DNA of 64,000 bases, taken from IMG/VR virus record IMGVR_UViG_3300009184_000038, positions 1 to 64,000 of that record, one strand, 5' to 3'. The first letter of the stretch is position 1. The number at the start of each line of letters is the position of its first letter. Below the pieces are notes generated by a model that was given only the letters and a program-made list of their open reading frames with translations, ran no database searches and was not told where the DNA came from. This stretch comes from a virus. A program made the translations under genes and the position numbers. Shown here piece after piece: positions 1-8,464 of this stretch.

Positions 1-467
1 AGCAGGCCGATCGCACGCACTTCGCGCTTGCGAATACCTCTCTGACCGTCCGTAGACCACGAGTCTCCACCGTCTCGCTTGATGGCGAAGGCGAAACTTG
101 ATCCGACGACTGTCCTATCCTTCACCCACTCGATAACGTCGCGGCCGATGGAGGTGTTTTCGTTCGGCGTGATCTCATAACGAAGACCATACGGGTCTTT
201 CGTGAGCTTCATCGTGCCGTTTCCGGTTCGGCCAAGGAGCAGATTGCGGTCGTGATTGAACACGCCGATCACATCCGGCCCCTCGGCGAGCACTTCGTCG
301 AACGCATTCTCATGAATCGTCTCGACGAACCCACCCAGGTTGCGACTTTCGGAGTTAAAGACGGCAGCGTAGCCCGCGATCACAGGCTTCCGCTCGCCAT
401 TGCCCGTGTCTCGGTACTCAACCGTAGCGTCCGAGACCGTCGTGCGCCGCTCAATTTCATTGCTCAT
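1..467 (-). CDS. HK97-family prohead protease (3' part runs off the window)
   Basis: Manual translation from ATG at 467: MSNEIERRTT...IAGYAAVFNSESRNLGGFVETIHENAF...FNHDRNLLLGRT...GLRYEI...GSSFAF. These are typical peptidase U35/S78 motifs. ATGA overlap with the upstream gene. Confidence 0.93.
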   Translation of the reverse strand, partial: MSNEIERRTTVSDATVEYRDTGNGERKPVIAGYAAVFNSESRNLGGFVETIHENAFDEVLAEGPDVIGVFNHDRNLLLGRTGNGTMKLTKDPYGLRYEITPNENTSIGRDVIEWVKDRTVVGSSFAFAIKRDGGDSWSTDGQRGIRKREVRAIGL

Positions 468-937
468 GCCGTCACCTGATTCGCGAGGTAGTTTTCCACA
501 CCGATCTGCTCGATAATCTTCCGAATGGCTTCAATGCCGGCCATCGAATCTTCGCTGCCACGGCGAAGCTTCATGAAAATCTTTGCCGTGACTGAGTCGC
601 CAACCGCGATGCACGTCACAAAGCCGGCCCGCTCGACCTCCGCGGCCGTCACGTCGGCGTCGTAGTTCACGTCAAGGATGGATTCAAAGTCGTGCCGGGG
701 CAGTTCGGGCTCGTCGTGCGTCGGCGACGGCTGGACATCGAAGAACTCAAGTCGTTCGGAGAGTTTCTTGATGTGCCCGCGTTCCTCGGCCGCATAGGAC
801 GCCCAGGTCTCGCCCAGCTTCCCGTAGCCCCAGCGGGTCAGGTGAACTGACTGAAGCTCATACATCTCGGCCTGCGAAAAGTGCAGGGCAAGGGAAGCCT
901 GCAATGCGTCGACAACGCCTTCAAGTGGCTGCGGCAT
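464..937 (-). CDS. bfr: Bacterioferritin-like protein with degenerate ferroxidase centre
   Basis: 157 aa. Aligns by eye without gaps to E. coli Bfr: WGYGKL, EERGHIKKLSERLEFF, IEQIGVENYLANQ. Confidence 0.85.
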   Translation of the reverse strand: MPQPLEGVVDALQASLALHFSQAEMYELQSVHLTRWGYGKLGETWASYAAEERGHIKKLSERLEFFDVQPSPTHDEPELPRHDFESILDVNYDADVTAAEVERAGFVTCIAVGDSVTAKIFMKLRRGSEDSMAGIEAIRKIIEQIGVENYLANQVTA

Positions 938-2570
938 CGGTTGTCAGGTGCTTGTCGCACCAGCCTTCTGTGACTGTTTCGTACTTCTGACCGCTGCGAT
1001 GGCACTCAAGCAAGAGTTCCCGCGAGCGGTTCACCCAATCCCCAACAAACTTGTCGATGTCTCGTCCAGTGGCCTCTGCGGCCTCGCGAAGTTCTTCTCG
1101 CATCCGCTGGCTCGTCTGATCGAACCACGTTGCGATCTTCTCGGGCTTGCTGCGGCGCTCGAGAACGCCGTCAGCTTCGACGGCGGCGAGACGGCGAAGG
1201 TTCGTCTTGAACAGCACCTCGGCACCGGCGACCTGTCGGGCATCCTCGGCAGCCGCGGGGGTGTCGGCGGCGGCCGGCTCGGGCGTGTCGGCCACGCCGG
1301 CCGGCGGAGCTGGCGAAGATTCGGTCTGCTTCTGCCCCGTGGGGTTGTCGGCGGTGAACGCCTCGAGCAACTGCATATTTACCTGAATGAACCGCTTCTT
1401 GCCCTGCCCGTCGGGCAGCGGGTTGTAGCCAATCTGCGAGCGAATTTCGTCGATGTCCAAGGCACCGAGGTTCGCCATCTCCCGCAGGAACTGCGAACGC
1501 GCGGCGTAGTCACCGACCATCAAGGCGTTCGTGTCGAACTGGCAGAAATACTGCTTGTCGTCGACTACGAGATCGCGGCGGCACGCCATTTCCCATCGGC
1601 GGCACCACGGGATCAAGCTGAACGTGACGAAGTCGATGGCCGACTGTTCCACAGTCGAGAAACGAACATTCGACAAATCACCGATAAGGTGGCCTGGGAC
1701 GCGGTAGGCACGCGAGACCTCCTCGCATTGGTACCGGCGAGTCTCAACGAGCATAGACGTATCGTTACGCTGCTCGATCTGCTTGCGGTGGAAGCCGAAC
1801 GGCATGACAACGGTTTTGTATGCGTTCATCGGCCCCTGATGGGCGTCGTTCCACTGCTCTCTGAACCGGGCCAGCACCTCTGGCTTGTGGGGCTGGTCGG
1901 TTTCGATGTAAGTGCCGGGCTGTCCGTTGTTCCCGAAGAATGCACCCGAGTGCAGCTCGGTCGCTCGGGCCAGACCGATCGCGTCTCGGGACAGGGTCGT
2001 TGGTACAAAGCCTGTCACCCCGTCTGACGAGAGCCACCGCAAATGAAAAATCTCGTCCTGCCGATACTCAGTGACCTCGATCTTGGGCTGAACCGGCGTC
2101 GTCGGTTCGGTGTAGTAATACCGGAGCTTGCCGTTGGTGAGCCGCTTGACCTCCATCCGCGAAGGATGCAGCGGGATAAGCTCGGTCACGCCGCCCTGCC
2201 GGCCGCCCTTGATGTGAGCGTAGGCGTTGCCCCAGAGCAGGAGCCAGCTTTGCATCAACTCGCGGAACTCGAAGCCCGTCATCCACGAGTTGGGCTGATA
2301 GCAGATGACCTCGTGGAGATGCTGCTCTTCGGCGATTTCCTTGCCGCCGCCGGGTAGGCGGCGGTAGACGTTGAAGGGGAGGCTGGCGATCGACTCCGAC
2401 AGTACGCGAACGCAGGCGAGAACAGCCGTGCATTCCAGGGCCGTCTCGGGCGAGACCGTGACGCCCGATGCCGTGCGTCTGGTATTGGAAATCTCCTCGA
2501 AGATGCGGGACAGATTGCCGCGAAGCTCAATCAGATCGGAGACTTCTTCGTCAATCTTATCCACGTTCAA
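921..2570 (-). CDS. HK97-family portal protein
   Basis: Motifs AVLACVRVLSESIASLP, LLLWGNAY, LIPLHPSRM, EIFHLR, RAYRVPGHLIG, EIRSQIGYNP; lies directly after terL. Confidence 0.96.
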   Translation of the reverse strand: MNVDKIDEEVSDLIELRGNLSRIFEEISNTRRTASGVTVSPETALECTAVLACVRVLSESIASLPFNVYRRLPGGGKEIAEEQHLHEVICYQPNSWMTGFEFRELMQSWLLLWGNAYAHIKGGRQGGVTELIPLHPSRMEVKRLTNGKLRYYYTEPTTPVQPKIEVTEYRQDEIFHLRWLSSDGVTGFVPTTLSRDAIGLARATELHSGAFFGNNGQPGTYIETDQPHKPEVLARFREQWNDAHQGPMNAYKTVVMPFGFHRKQIEQRNDTSMLVETRRYQCEEVSRAYRVPGHLIGDLSNVRFSTVEQSAIDFVTFSLIPWCRRWEMACRRDLVVDDKQYFCQFDTNALMVGDYAARSQFLREMANLGALDIDEIRSQIGYNPLPDGQGKKRFIQVNMQLLEAFTADNPTGQKQTESSPAPPAGVADTPEPAAADTPAAAEDARQVAGAEVLFKTNLRRLAAVEADGVLERRSKPEKIATWFDQTSQRMREELREAAEATGRDIDKFVGDWVNRSRELLLECHRSGQKYETVTEGWCDKHLTTDAAAT

Positions 2571-4069
2571 AGCACCATGAGGGTTGGTTCGTCGGTGTTG
2601 CCGTGGTTCTCGCTGCTGGAGATACCGAGGGCCATGATCAGAGAGACCGCGCCGTCGATGCGGGCCGTCGAGTGTGAGTGTTTTTTAGTAGGCTTTATGT
2701 TCCCGGCATCGTCGATCTTGACTTGAACATTCGACATCTGCCACGCCAGAACGGGGTTGCCAGCGTGTCTCAGCCTTTTGCCGACGACGAGTGTCTCGAG
2801 CAGCTTGCTCGGCGCGCTCATGCTGGCAAAGCCCTGTCCAAACGGCTTAACGTCGATTCCCTCCGCTACCAGTTGCGTCGTCAGATGCACCGCGTTCCAG
2901 CGGTCAATGGCGATGCCGCGAACTACATTCTTCTCGCAAAACGAGAGAATGTAATCTCGGACTGTGTCGTAGCAAGTGATATCACCATCCGTCATTCTAA
3001 CAAAACCAGCGTCCGCCCAGGCTTGATACGGCACTCGGTCTTCCTTCGACCGCTTGTGCGCGTTCTCCTCGGGGATGAAGAAGTGGGCGTGAACGTCATA
3101 CGTTCCATCGGCGTCGGGCCAGACCGCCACGAACGCCGTCGTATCGAATGTGCTGGCGAGGTCAACGCCGCACCAGCATGGCCGCCCTGCCGTCGGCCGC
3201 AGCGGCTCGTTGTTGGCGTCCCAGGCACCATGCCTGATCCACTTGGTTTCGGAACGCTGGAATAAATTCAAATGGAGCGTCTTGAAAACAGTCTCGTCTG
3301 CCGGCGAGTCCTTCGCCTTCTGTGCGAATTGATGGAAATACTCGGGTTTCAGCGTAATTCCGTAGTTCGGATTCGCCTTCTTCCACGTCTCCTCGACGAA
3401 CGGGTCGTCCTCGGGATCGGCGGCGTAGATGCACGGCAGGAACGAGTCGTCCTTCAGAACCCCATCGCGAATCTTCACTGCCCGCTGCCAGTCCTTGTAG
3501 CACGGGCCGTCCATGTCGGTGCCGGCCGTCGTGATGTAGATGGTGAGCGGCTGGCTCCTGGCTCCAGTACCCGTTTCCAATACATCGACCAGCTCGCGGT
3601 CGGGAAAGACGTGATATTCGTCGACCAGCACGCAACTCGGGTTGTAACCGTGTTTCGTGCCGGCCTCGCTGGAGATACAGAGCATCGTCGAGTTCTTTTC
3701 GGGGAACACGATGCTGTTGCGGTATATCTTGCACCGCTTCGCCAGCGATGGGCAGCTTTCGACGAACTGCTTCGCCGCGGTATGGAGCAGCGCCGCCTGA
3801 GAGCGGTCGCCGGCCGCGACGATCACCTCGGCCCCCTCGTCATCGCAGCACAACATGAACAATCCAACCGCTGCGGAAATCGCGGATTTTCCGTTCTTGC
3901 GGGGCAAGGCGAGCAGGCTTGTTCGATATTGGCGAAGACCGTCGGCCTTCTTCGTGTTGAAGAGTTTGTCGAGGTACTCGTCCTGCCAGGGTTGCAGGAC
4001 AAATGGCTGCCCCGCAAAGTCACCTCGACTGTGCTTCAGTAAGCCGATGAAATCGCGGATATCAACCAC
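2567..4069 (-). CDS. terL: Terminase large subunit
   Basis: LQPWQ, Walker A PRKNGKS, Walker B VLVDEYH, ITTAG, nuclease GVDLAS and RIDGAVS. Confidence 0.97.
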   Translation of the reverse strand: MVDIRDFIGLLKHSRGDFAGQPFVLQPWQDEYLDKLFNTKKADGLRQYRTSLLALPRKNGKSAISAAVGLFMLCCDDEGAEVIVAAGDRSQAALLHTAAKQFVESCPSLAKRCKIYRNSIVFPEKNSTMLCISSEAGTKHGYNPSCVLVDEYHVFPDRELVDVLETGTGARSQPLTIYITTAGTDMDGPCYKDWQRAVKIRDGVLKDDSFLPCIYAADPEDDPFVEETWKKANPNYGITLKPEYFHQFAQKAKDSPADETVFKTLHLNLFQRSETKWIRHGAWDANNEPLRPTAGRPCWCGVDLASTFDTTAFVAVWPDADGTYDVHAHFFIPEENAHKRSKEDRVPYQAWADAGFVRMTDGDITCYDTVRDYILSFCEKNVVRGIAIDRWNAVHLTTQLVAEGIDVKPFGQGFASMSAPSKLLETLVVGKRLRHAGNPVLAWQMSNVQVKIDDAGNIKPTKKHSHSTARIDGAVSLIMALGISSSENHGNTDEPTLMVL

Positions 4070-4544
4070 GCTTGGCTAGAAGAGCGTCCATTGGGTCTTG
4101 CACGACCTTCTCGGCGTGATAGCCCATTCGGGTGCGATCGGCTGGCGTCAGGCCGAGGACAGTCTCAAGCTGCCGGAGTTGCTCGTGGCAGTGATTGCTC
4201 TGGGACTGCCACTTGTTCGGGCGGCTGAAGCGGAGGGAGCCGTCGGGTGCCGTCACCTCGACCCACCCCGAGTCCAGCTTGGCAAGCTGCATCTCGGCGT
4301 CTCGCCAGCGATCCCAGATGATCGAGTATCGCGAGATCACTTCGACATCGCTCTCGGCCAGCGTGCCCATCCTTTGGGTGTAGCCGCAGACGAGGCTGAA
4401 CATCTCCCTGGCTGCCGGCCGCATCCATGACGGAGGGGCGGGCAGCGAGGACAAGGGTGTGCCTAACTCCTCGCGGTAGTTGGCTTCCTCGGAGCCTCGC
4501 AGCTTGAGGAGATGCTTCGGCGTTGGTGCTGGGCCGCGTGCCAT
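4062..4544 (-). CDS. terS: Terminase small subunit (P27 family)
   Basis: MARGPAPTPKHL..LRG, PAPPSWM, LGLTPADRTR; immediately upstream of terL. Confidence 0.9.
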   Translation of the reverse strand: MARGPAPTPKHLLKLRGSEEANYREELGTPLSSLPAPPSWMRPAAREMFSLVCGYTQRMGTLAESDVEVISRYSIIWDRWRDAEMQLAKLDSGWVEVTAPDGSLRFSRPNKWQSQSNHCHEQLRQLETVLGLTPADRTRMGYHAEKVVQDPMDALLAKRG

Positions 4545-4546
4545 GC

Positions 4547-5587
4547 CTAAGAGTATTGCACAGTAGGTAAGGGCCCCGCAAAGGAGTCGGATTTCTTGAT
4601 GTTGCACGCCCAGCAGGCGGCCTGGACATTGTCGGGTCTATGGCCTGGGCCGGAGGGGCCGTAAGACAGGGGCACGATGTGGTCGATCGTGGGGCTGCGT
4701 GGGTGCGGAGTCTCGCTGCCATCGATCTTCGTCCATTTGGAGAGCAGCTCACACTGGCATATCTGGCACGTCCAGTTGTCGCGATGAAGTATCGACTTCG
4801 CTGGAAACGATTCGTAGTGGCAGCCGTATTTAATGCACCTACGTTTGTGTCCGCCAGAATTGATTCCGACATTCAGCGGCGTGCATGTGTCGTTACCCCA
4901 CGAGCTGAACCAGACGGCGATCTGCTCGTCAAGCGTAGCTCCAGGCCGGCTCGTCAGCCTAGCGCATGGAAGGCGAAGTCGCCTCGCCTCGAAGGCACAT
5001 TCTCTGGAGCAGTATTTGCCAGCGTTTCGCCCAGATGTGCGCTTTCGGAATGGCTTTTGACAACAGAGGCACTGCCGCCGCTTCGCCCGCCTTTTGGATG
5101 CCTCCGCTCGCTTTCCCTGGGCCTCCGAGATGGCTTTTTCAGCGCAGGGCCGCGAACAGAACAGGCTTCTTGACCGGCCTGGGATAAAGGCTTTGCCGCA
5201 GCACTTGCACGCTTTTTCGGCGAATCGACTGGGGTATCGGCATTTCTCGCTACAGAACATCGAGTTGATTAACCCGACGAAGCTCACGCCGCATCCGCAG
5301 CACGTCCGATCGTGAACCCTCTTCTTCCGCTTCGCTGCACGGCGGCACGCTTCAGAGCAGTACCTTCGCGACCGCCCACTCGCTCGCGAGTCCTGCGGAA
5401 CGCCGGCACCGCAGGAGACGCACGCAACAGTCGCTGGCTTTAGCGGCCTCCCCTCGGCGGCTCGCTGGCAGCGACGAGAACAGTATTTTCTCGGCTTAAC
5501 GCCGAGCGAGGGGGGGAGCGACGACCCGCAAACAACGCAGCATTTGCCATCCTTGGCGTTTTCTCCGGCGTCTCCACGCACCCACAC
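4547..5587 (-). CDS. HNH endonuclease with five N-terminal CxxC...(Y/F)CSxxC zinc-ribbon repeats
   Basis: C-terminal RDNWTCQIC...TIDHIVPLS...H...NVQAACWACN; repeated KYCS/RYCS/FCS motifs. Start codon uncertain. Confidence 0.85.
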   Translation of the reverse strand: MWVRGDAGENAKDGKCCVVCGSSLPPSLGVKPRKYCSRRCQRAAEGRPLKPATVACVSCGAGVPQDSRASGRSRRYCSEACRRAAKRKKRVHDRTCCGCGVSFVGLINSMFCSEKCRYPSRFAEKACKCCGKAFIPGRSRSLFCSRPCAEKAISEAQGKRAEASKRRAKRRQCLCCQKPFRKRTSGRNAGKYCSRECAFEARRLRLPCARLTSRPGATLDEQIAVWFSSWGNDTCTPLNVGINSGGHKRRCIKYGCHYESFPAKSILHRDNWTCQICQCELLSKWTKIDGSETPHPRSPTIDHIVPLSYGPSGPGHRPDNVQAACWACNIKKSDSFAGPLPTVQYS

Positions 5588-5711
5588 AGTCTACCGCACA
5601 AGACATTTTCTCCAAATCGTCGGGCTGCGGAGGCGACCAGCAAAAATAGTACGCCCCCCGGCGTGCCTTCTCCTTAGGACATGCGGTCTGCCCTGCGCCA
5701 CCCCTCGACCG

Positions 5712-5734
5712 GGCACCCCCCATTGGGGGGTGCC
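5712..5734. repeat. Perfect inverted repeat GGCACCCCCC-ATT-GGGGGGTGCC in the candidate genome-end (cos) region
   Basis: Seen directly. Lies between the divergent packaging operon and the plus-strand island. The cos role is inferred from position only. Confidence 0.5.
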
Positions 5735-5817
5735 GCTGACGGGCCACCCCCTGCGCTGTGTCTCCCGCCGAATTCCGTCAAGAATCAAGCAGCGCATGCC
5801 GAATCAATAACCTAGGC

Positions 5818-5845
5818 TTGACGCACACTGTGCGTCTGCTAATAT
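5818..5845 (+). promoter_or_regulatory. Sigma70-like promoter P1 with overlapping palindrome
   Basis: TTGACG-N16-TAATAT with extended -10 TG. Inverted repeat GACGCACA-C-TGTGCGTC at 5820-5836. Shares TAGGCTTGACnCACAC with P2. Confidence 0.75.
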
Positions 5846-5895
5846 CTGTGCATGCGGGCCGCGCGGCCCGCGATCACCAACGAAGAGAGAAGACG

Positions 5896-6729
5896 ATGAA
5901 AACCGCGAATGCCCCTAGCGTCTTAGGTACCTTTTCCAAAGCTATCCCAACTGCGCGAAGCTTGAATTTCGGTCTATCGGGGGGCGCAAACTGTGAAACT
6001 AGTTGTCGCCACCACCCGATTCATTATTCGGGCGCATTGTCGCACGATGGTCAATGCTATGCCTATGTAGTGGAAGGTAGGAACGATAGGGTACAACTCG
6101 CCGACAAGTTGGGCAGGCATGAGACGATGAAAGCCTCCGAAATCGTCGGGATGGCTTTGGTTGAGTTGTCGCGTCTCAAGCTATACGGAAAAGACTTGCC
6201 CCCTTGGTTTCGATTCTCAACCAACGGCGCAATACCGACTAAAGAGGCTGCGCTTGCCGACCGTCGGTTTATTCCACTACTCCGCGAACTACTGAAATTC
6301 TGCGTTGCCAACGCTATGAAAGTACACTTGCCCGTAGAGTCTGCCGAAAAGGCTGCGTTTTATCGCGAAGTTATTGGTGATCTCGTTACCATTCGCGAGT
6401 CTATTCAGACGCACGATATGAATCCCGACACTATCGCCACCCATGCGATACCTTTGGGCGCATCGTCTTTCACCGCTGGTGAAAATGTCGGCAAGGGGCC
6501 GCACAAGCGTAATCGTATCCTAGCCGCCGCCGCCGCCGCCGCCGCCGCATGGGCAATGCGAACGGGTCGAAAAACCATCGTCTGCCCCGCCGTCAGAGTG
6601 TCTTTCCTATCGCGTTACAAAAATGGAAAAACACGCGAAGAGAACATTGCATGGCGTGAACGCGCGAAGTGTGGCCTCTGCCCCGCGTGCGCCTTGCCGA
6701 ATGTTGACGTAGTGTATCCAGCCCATTGA
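5896..6729 (+). CDS. Cys-containing protein, possibly GP88-like
   Basis: NFGLSGGANCETSC...CYA...WFRFSTNG...C-terminal KCGLCPAC; ATG preceded by the island leader motif. Confidence 0.55.
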   Translation: MKTANAPSVLGTFSKAIPTARSLNFGLSGGANCETSCRHHPIHYSGALSHDGQCYAYVVEGRNDRVQLADKLGRHETMKASEIVGMALVELSRLKLYGKDLPPWFRFSTNGAIPTKEAALADRRFIPLLRELLKFCVANAMKVHLPVESAEKAAFYREVIGDLVTIRESIQTHDMNPDTIATHAIPLGASSFTAGENVGKGPHKRNRILAAAAAAAAAWAMRTGRKTIVCPAVRVSFLSRYKNGKTREENIAWRERAKCGLCPACALPNVDVVYPAH

Positions 6730-6766
6730 TTGAACCACCACCACCACCAACGAAGAGGGTAAAGCC

Positions 6767-6988
6767 ATGCGCGAACGGTTCAATGTAGTTTTGTGGGAAA
6801 AGAGAATGCGACAAGCCATCGCCGATAGGAATGGCGATAGGCTTGCAAGCCTCATGTATGAGAACGATAGGAACGGAGTCTTTTCGTATGATGATTCATG
6901 GGCAGAGGGTTGGGAATACACTCGCGAAGAGTGGATTGTAAGTCTGATCGAATGCGCCGAAACCATGCTGTCGGGAATCAATGACTGA
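6767..6988 (+). CDS. Hypothetical acidic protein (paralog of 7022-7276)
   Basis: Leader CACCAACGAAGAGGG; shares RMRxAIA and REWI..LIE motifs with the next gene. Confidence 0.75.
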   Translation: MRERFNVVLWEKRMRQAIADRNGDRLASLMYENDRNGVFSYDDSWAEGWEYTREEWIVSLIECAETMLSGIND

Positions 6989-7021
6989 CTAGGAACCACC
7001 ACCAACGAAGAGGGTAACGCA

Positions 7022-7276
7022 ATGACTAACGAAGAGACCGCAATGATTGAGCGCATTGAGCAGGCGATAGAAGACCGCGACCCGCGTCGCATGCGGGAAG
7101 CTATCGCCGAATGGGACGGCAAGCCCACTATGTCGGCGAAACAGTTTCGCGATACATTCCAAGGCGCGCGCCGCCGCGAATGGATCGACTACTTAATTGA
7201 GGAATGCGAAGAGGTAGTCGGCATGATAAAAACCAACGATGCCGATGACTACTGGGCGACGCGCGGCCGCATTTAA
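7022..7276 (+). CDS. Hypothetical acidic protein (paralog of 6767-6988)
   Basis: Same leader motif; shared peptide motifs. Confidence 0.75.
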   Translation: MTNEETAMIERIEQAIEDRDPRRMREAIAEWDGKPTMSAKQFRDTFQGARRREWIDYLIEECEEVVGMIKTNDADDYWATRGRI

Positions 7277-7289
7277 TTTCATCACCAAC

Positions 7290-7321
7290 GAAGAGGGCAG
7301 GCGCATGCGCCTGCCCTCTTC
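7290..7321. terminator. Perfect 32-bp palindrome, possible terminator or attenuator
   Basis: GAAGAGGGCAGGCGCA|TGCGCCTGCCCTCTTC just after the first island operon; no clear U-tract. Confidence 0.5.
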
Positions 7322-7327
7322 TCCTGC

Positions 7328-7386
7328 GCGGTGGTGTGCGTCTGCTCCTGCCTAGCCGTAGGCGGTGGTGTGCGTCTGCTCCTGCC
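7328..7386 (+). repeat. 25-bp direct repeat, two copies
   Basis: GCGGTGGTGTGCGTCTGCTCCTGCC at 7328 and 7362; core TGTGCGTCTGCT also occurs in promoter P1 (5829-5840). Confidence 0.9.
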
Positions 7387-7802
7387 CCCGACCGTGGCAA
7401 CGAGCACCGCGCCCCCCGAACATGGGAACCAGCGCACCAGGCGAGCACCCCCGAACGTGGCAACGAGCTGCCACCCCCGAACGTGGGAACCAGCAGCCGC
7501 CGGGCGATCACCCCCGAACATGGAAACGCGCGGCCCGGCCGTGGAAACGAGCAGCCCCCGAACGTGGAAACTCGGGGGTATCACGAGCCGGCCGGCCGCC
7601 TTATCGGCCCTCCTGGGGCATCCTATAGCTGCCATTCTGGCGAAAACTGCCCCCGACCGTGGAAACGGTGGCCGACCGTGGAAACGATGCGCAGCCCCCG
7701 ACCATGAAAAAAATTGTCGCCATCGGGGAGGCTCGAGGTTAGCCCCGACCGACGAATTTTCTCACACTACCAACTGTCCAGGCGGCCCCCGACTGTGGAA
7801 AA
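7385..7802 (+). repeat. Non-coding array of about 12 co-oriented degenerate CCCCCGAMCRTGGVAAC repeats
   Basis: Copies near 7385, 7413, 7448, 7474, 7511, 7534, 7555, 7650, 7671, 7695, 7743, 7786. Confidence 0.88.
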
Positions 7803-7834
7803 ACACGCTGAGAAAAGAAAAAAAGATTTTAGGC

Positions 7835-7862
7835 TTGACTCACACCATGCCGACTGTATGCT
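7835..7862 (+). promoter_or_regulatory. Sigma70-like promoter P2 with upstream A-tract
   Basis: TTGACT-N16-TATGCT preceded by AGAAAAGAAAAAAAGATTTT (UP-like); homologous to P1. Confidence 0.75.
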
Positions 7863-7923
7863 TGGGTGATCACGCGGCGACGATTCGCCCGGTTGAACAG
7901 GTGACACGAAAAGGAGACGAGCG

Positions 7924-8409
7924 ATGACGGCAACGGAGACAAGGGTATGGGAAGTGATTCGCGGCTTCGGCCCAATCGATGAGGGGCGTGAAAAGTGTTT
8001 CGACGTTGAACGTCTCAAGCGCAGGTTCACCAGCGAAGCCGATGCTGTGGCATTCGCTGAGTCGCACTACGATGCACGGGTCGGCAAGCTTATGCGGCGC
8101 ATGCCCGACTGGTGGCAATCGTTCTTCGTGATCGTGCGGCCCGCGAAGGCCACCGTGCCGACGGCTGCGGGTCTCGCGCTGGTATTCGACCGTCGCCTGC
8201 GTGACGATATCGGCAGTGATGCCTATGCGGAGGTGATCCGTCGCAATCGCACCCCCGACTATGAGCGGGCCTGCGCATCGCACGACTTCTGCGATGCGAA
8301 CGTGACGATGATCGAAGCCATGATGGAATTCGGCATCACCCCCGACGATGACTTCGGCCATGCCCTGTTCAATGCAGCATGGGATGCATGGCGCGAGAAG
8401 ACGAAGTAA
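7924..8409 (+). CDS. Hypothetical protein
   Basis: RBS AAGGAG; CASHDFCDAN motif. Confidence 0.75.
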   Translation: MTATETRVWEVIRGFGPIDEGREKCFDVERLKRRFTSEADAVAFAESHYDARVGKLMRRMPDWWQSFFVIVRPAKATVPTAAGLALVFDRRLRDDIGSDAYAEVIRRNRTPDYERACASHDFCDANVTMIEAMMEFGITPDDDFGHALFNAAWDAWREKTK

Positions 8410-8464
8410 TTCACCCCCGACCGTAACAACCACCAACGACCACCCCCGAACGGAGAAACGAGAC

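Noticed and set aside
948-4042. Long plus-strand ORFs opposite portal and terL (also 34811-35875, 36625-37692, 62306-63127)
   Set aside because: Antisense shadows of well-supported genes in GC-rich DNA, with no motifs or RBS.
7385-7802. CRISPR or mini-CRISPR array
   Set aside because: Repeats are short and degenerate, spacers are very short and irregular, and no cas gene is visible.
7331-7927. Overlapping ORFs across the repeat array
   Set aside because: Low-complexity Pro/Arg translations in several frames produced by the repeats; no RBS.
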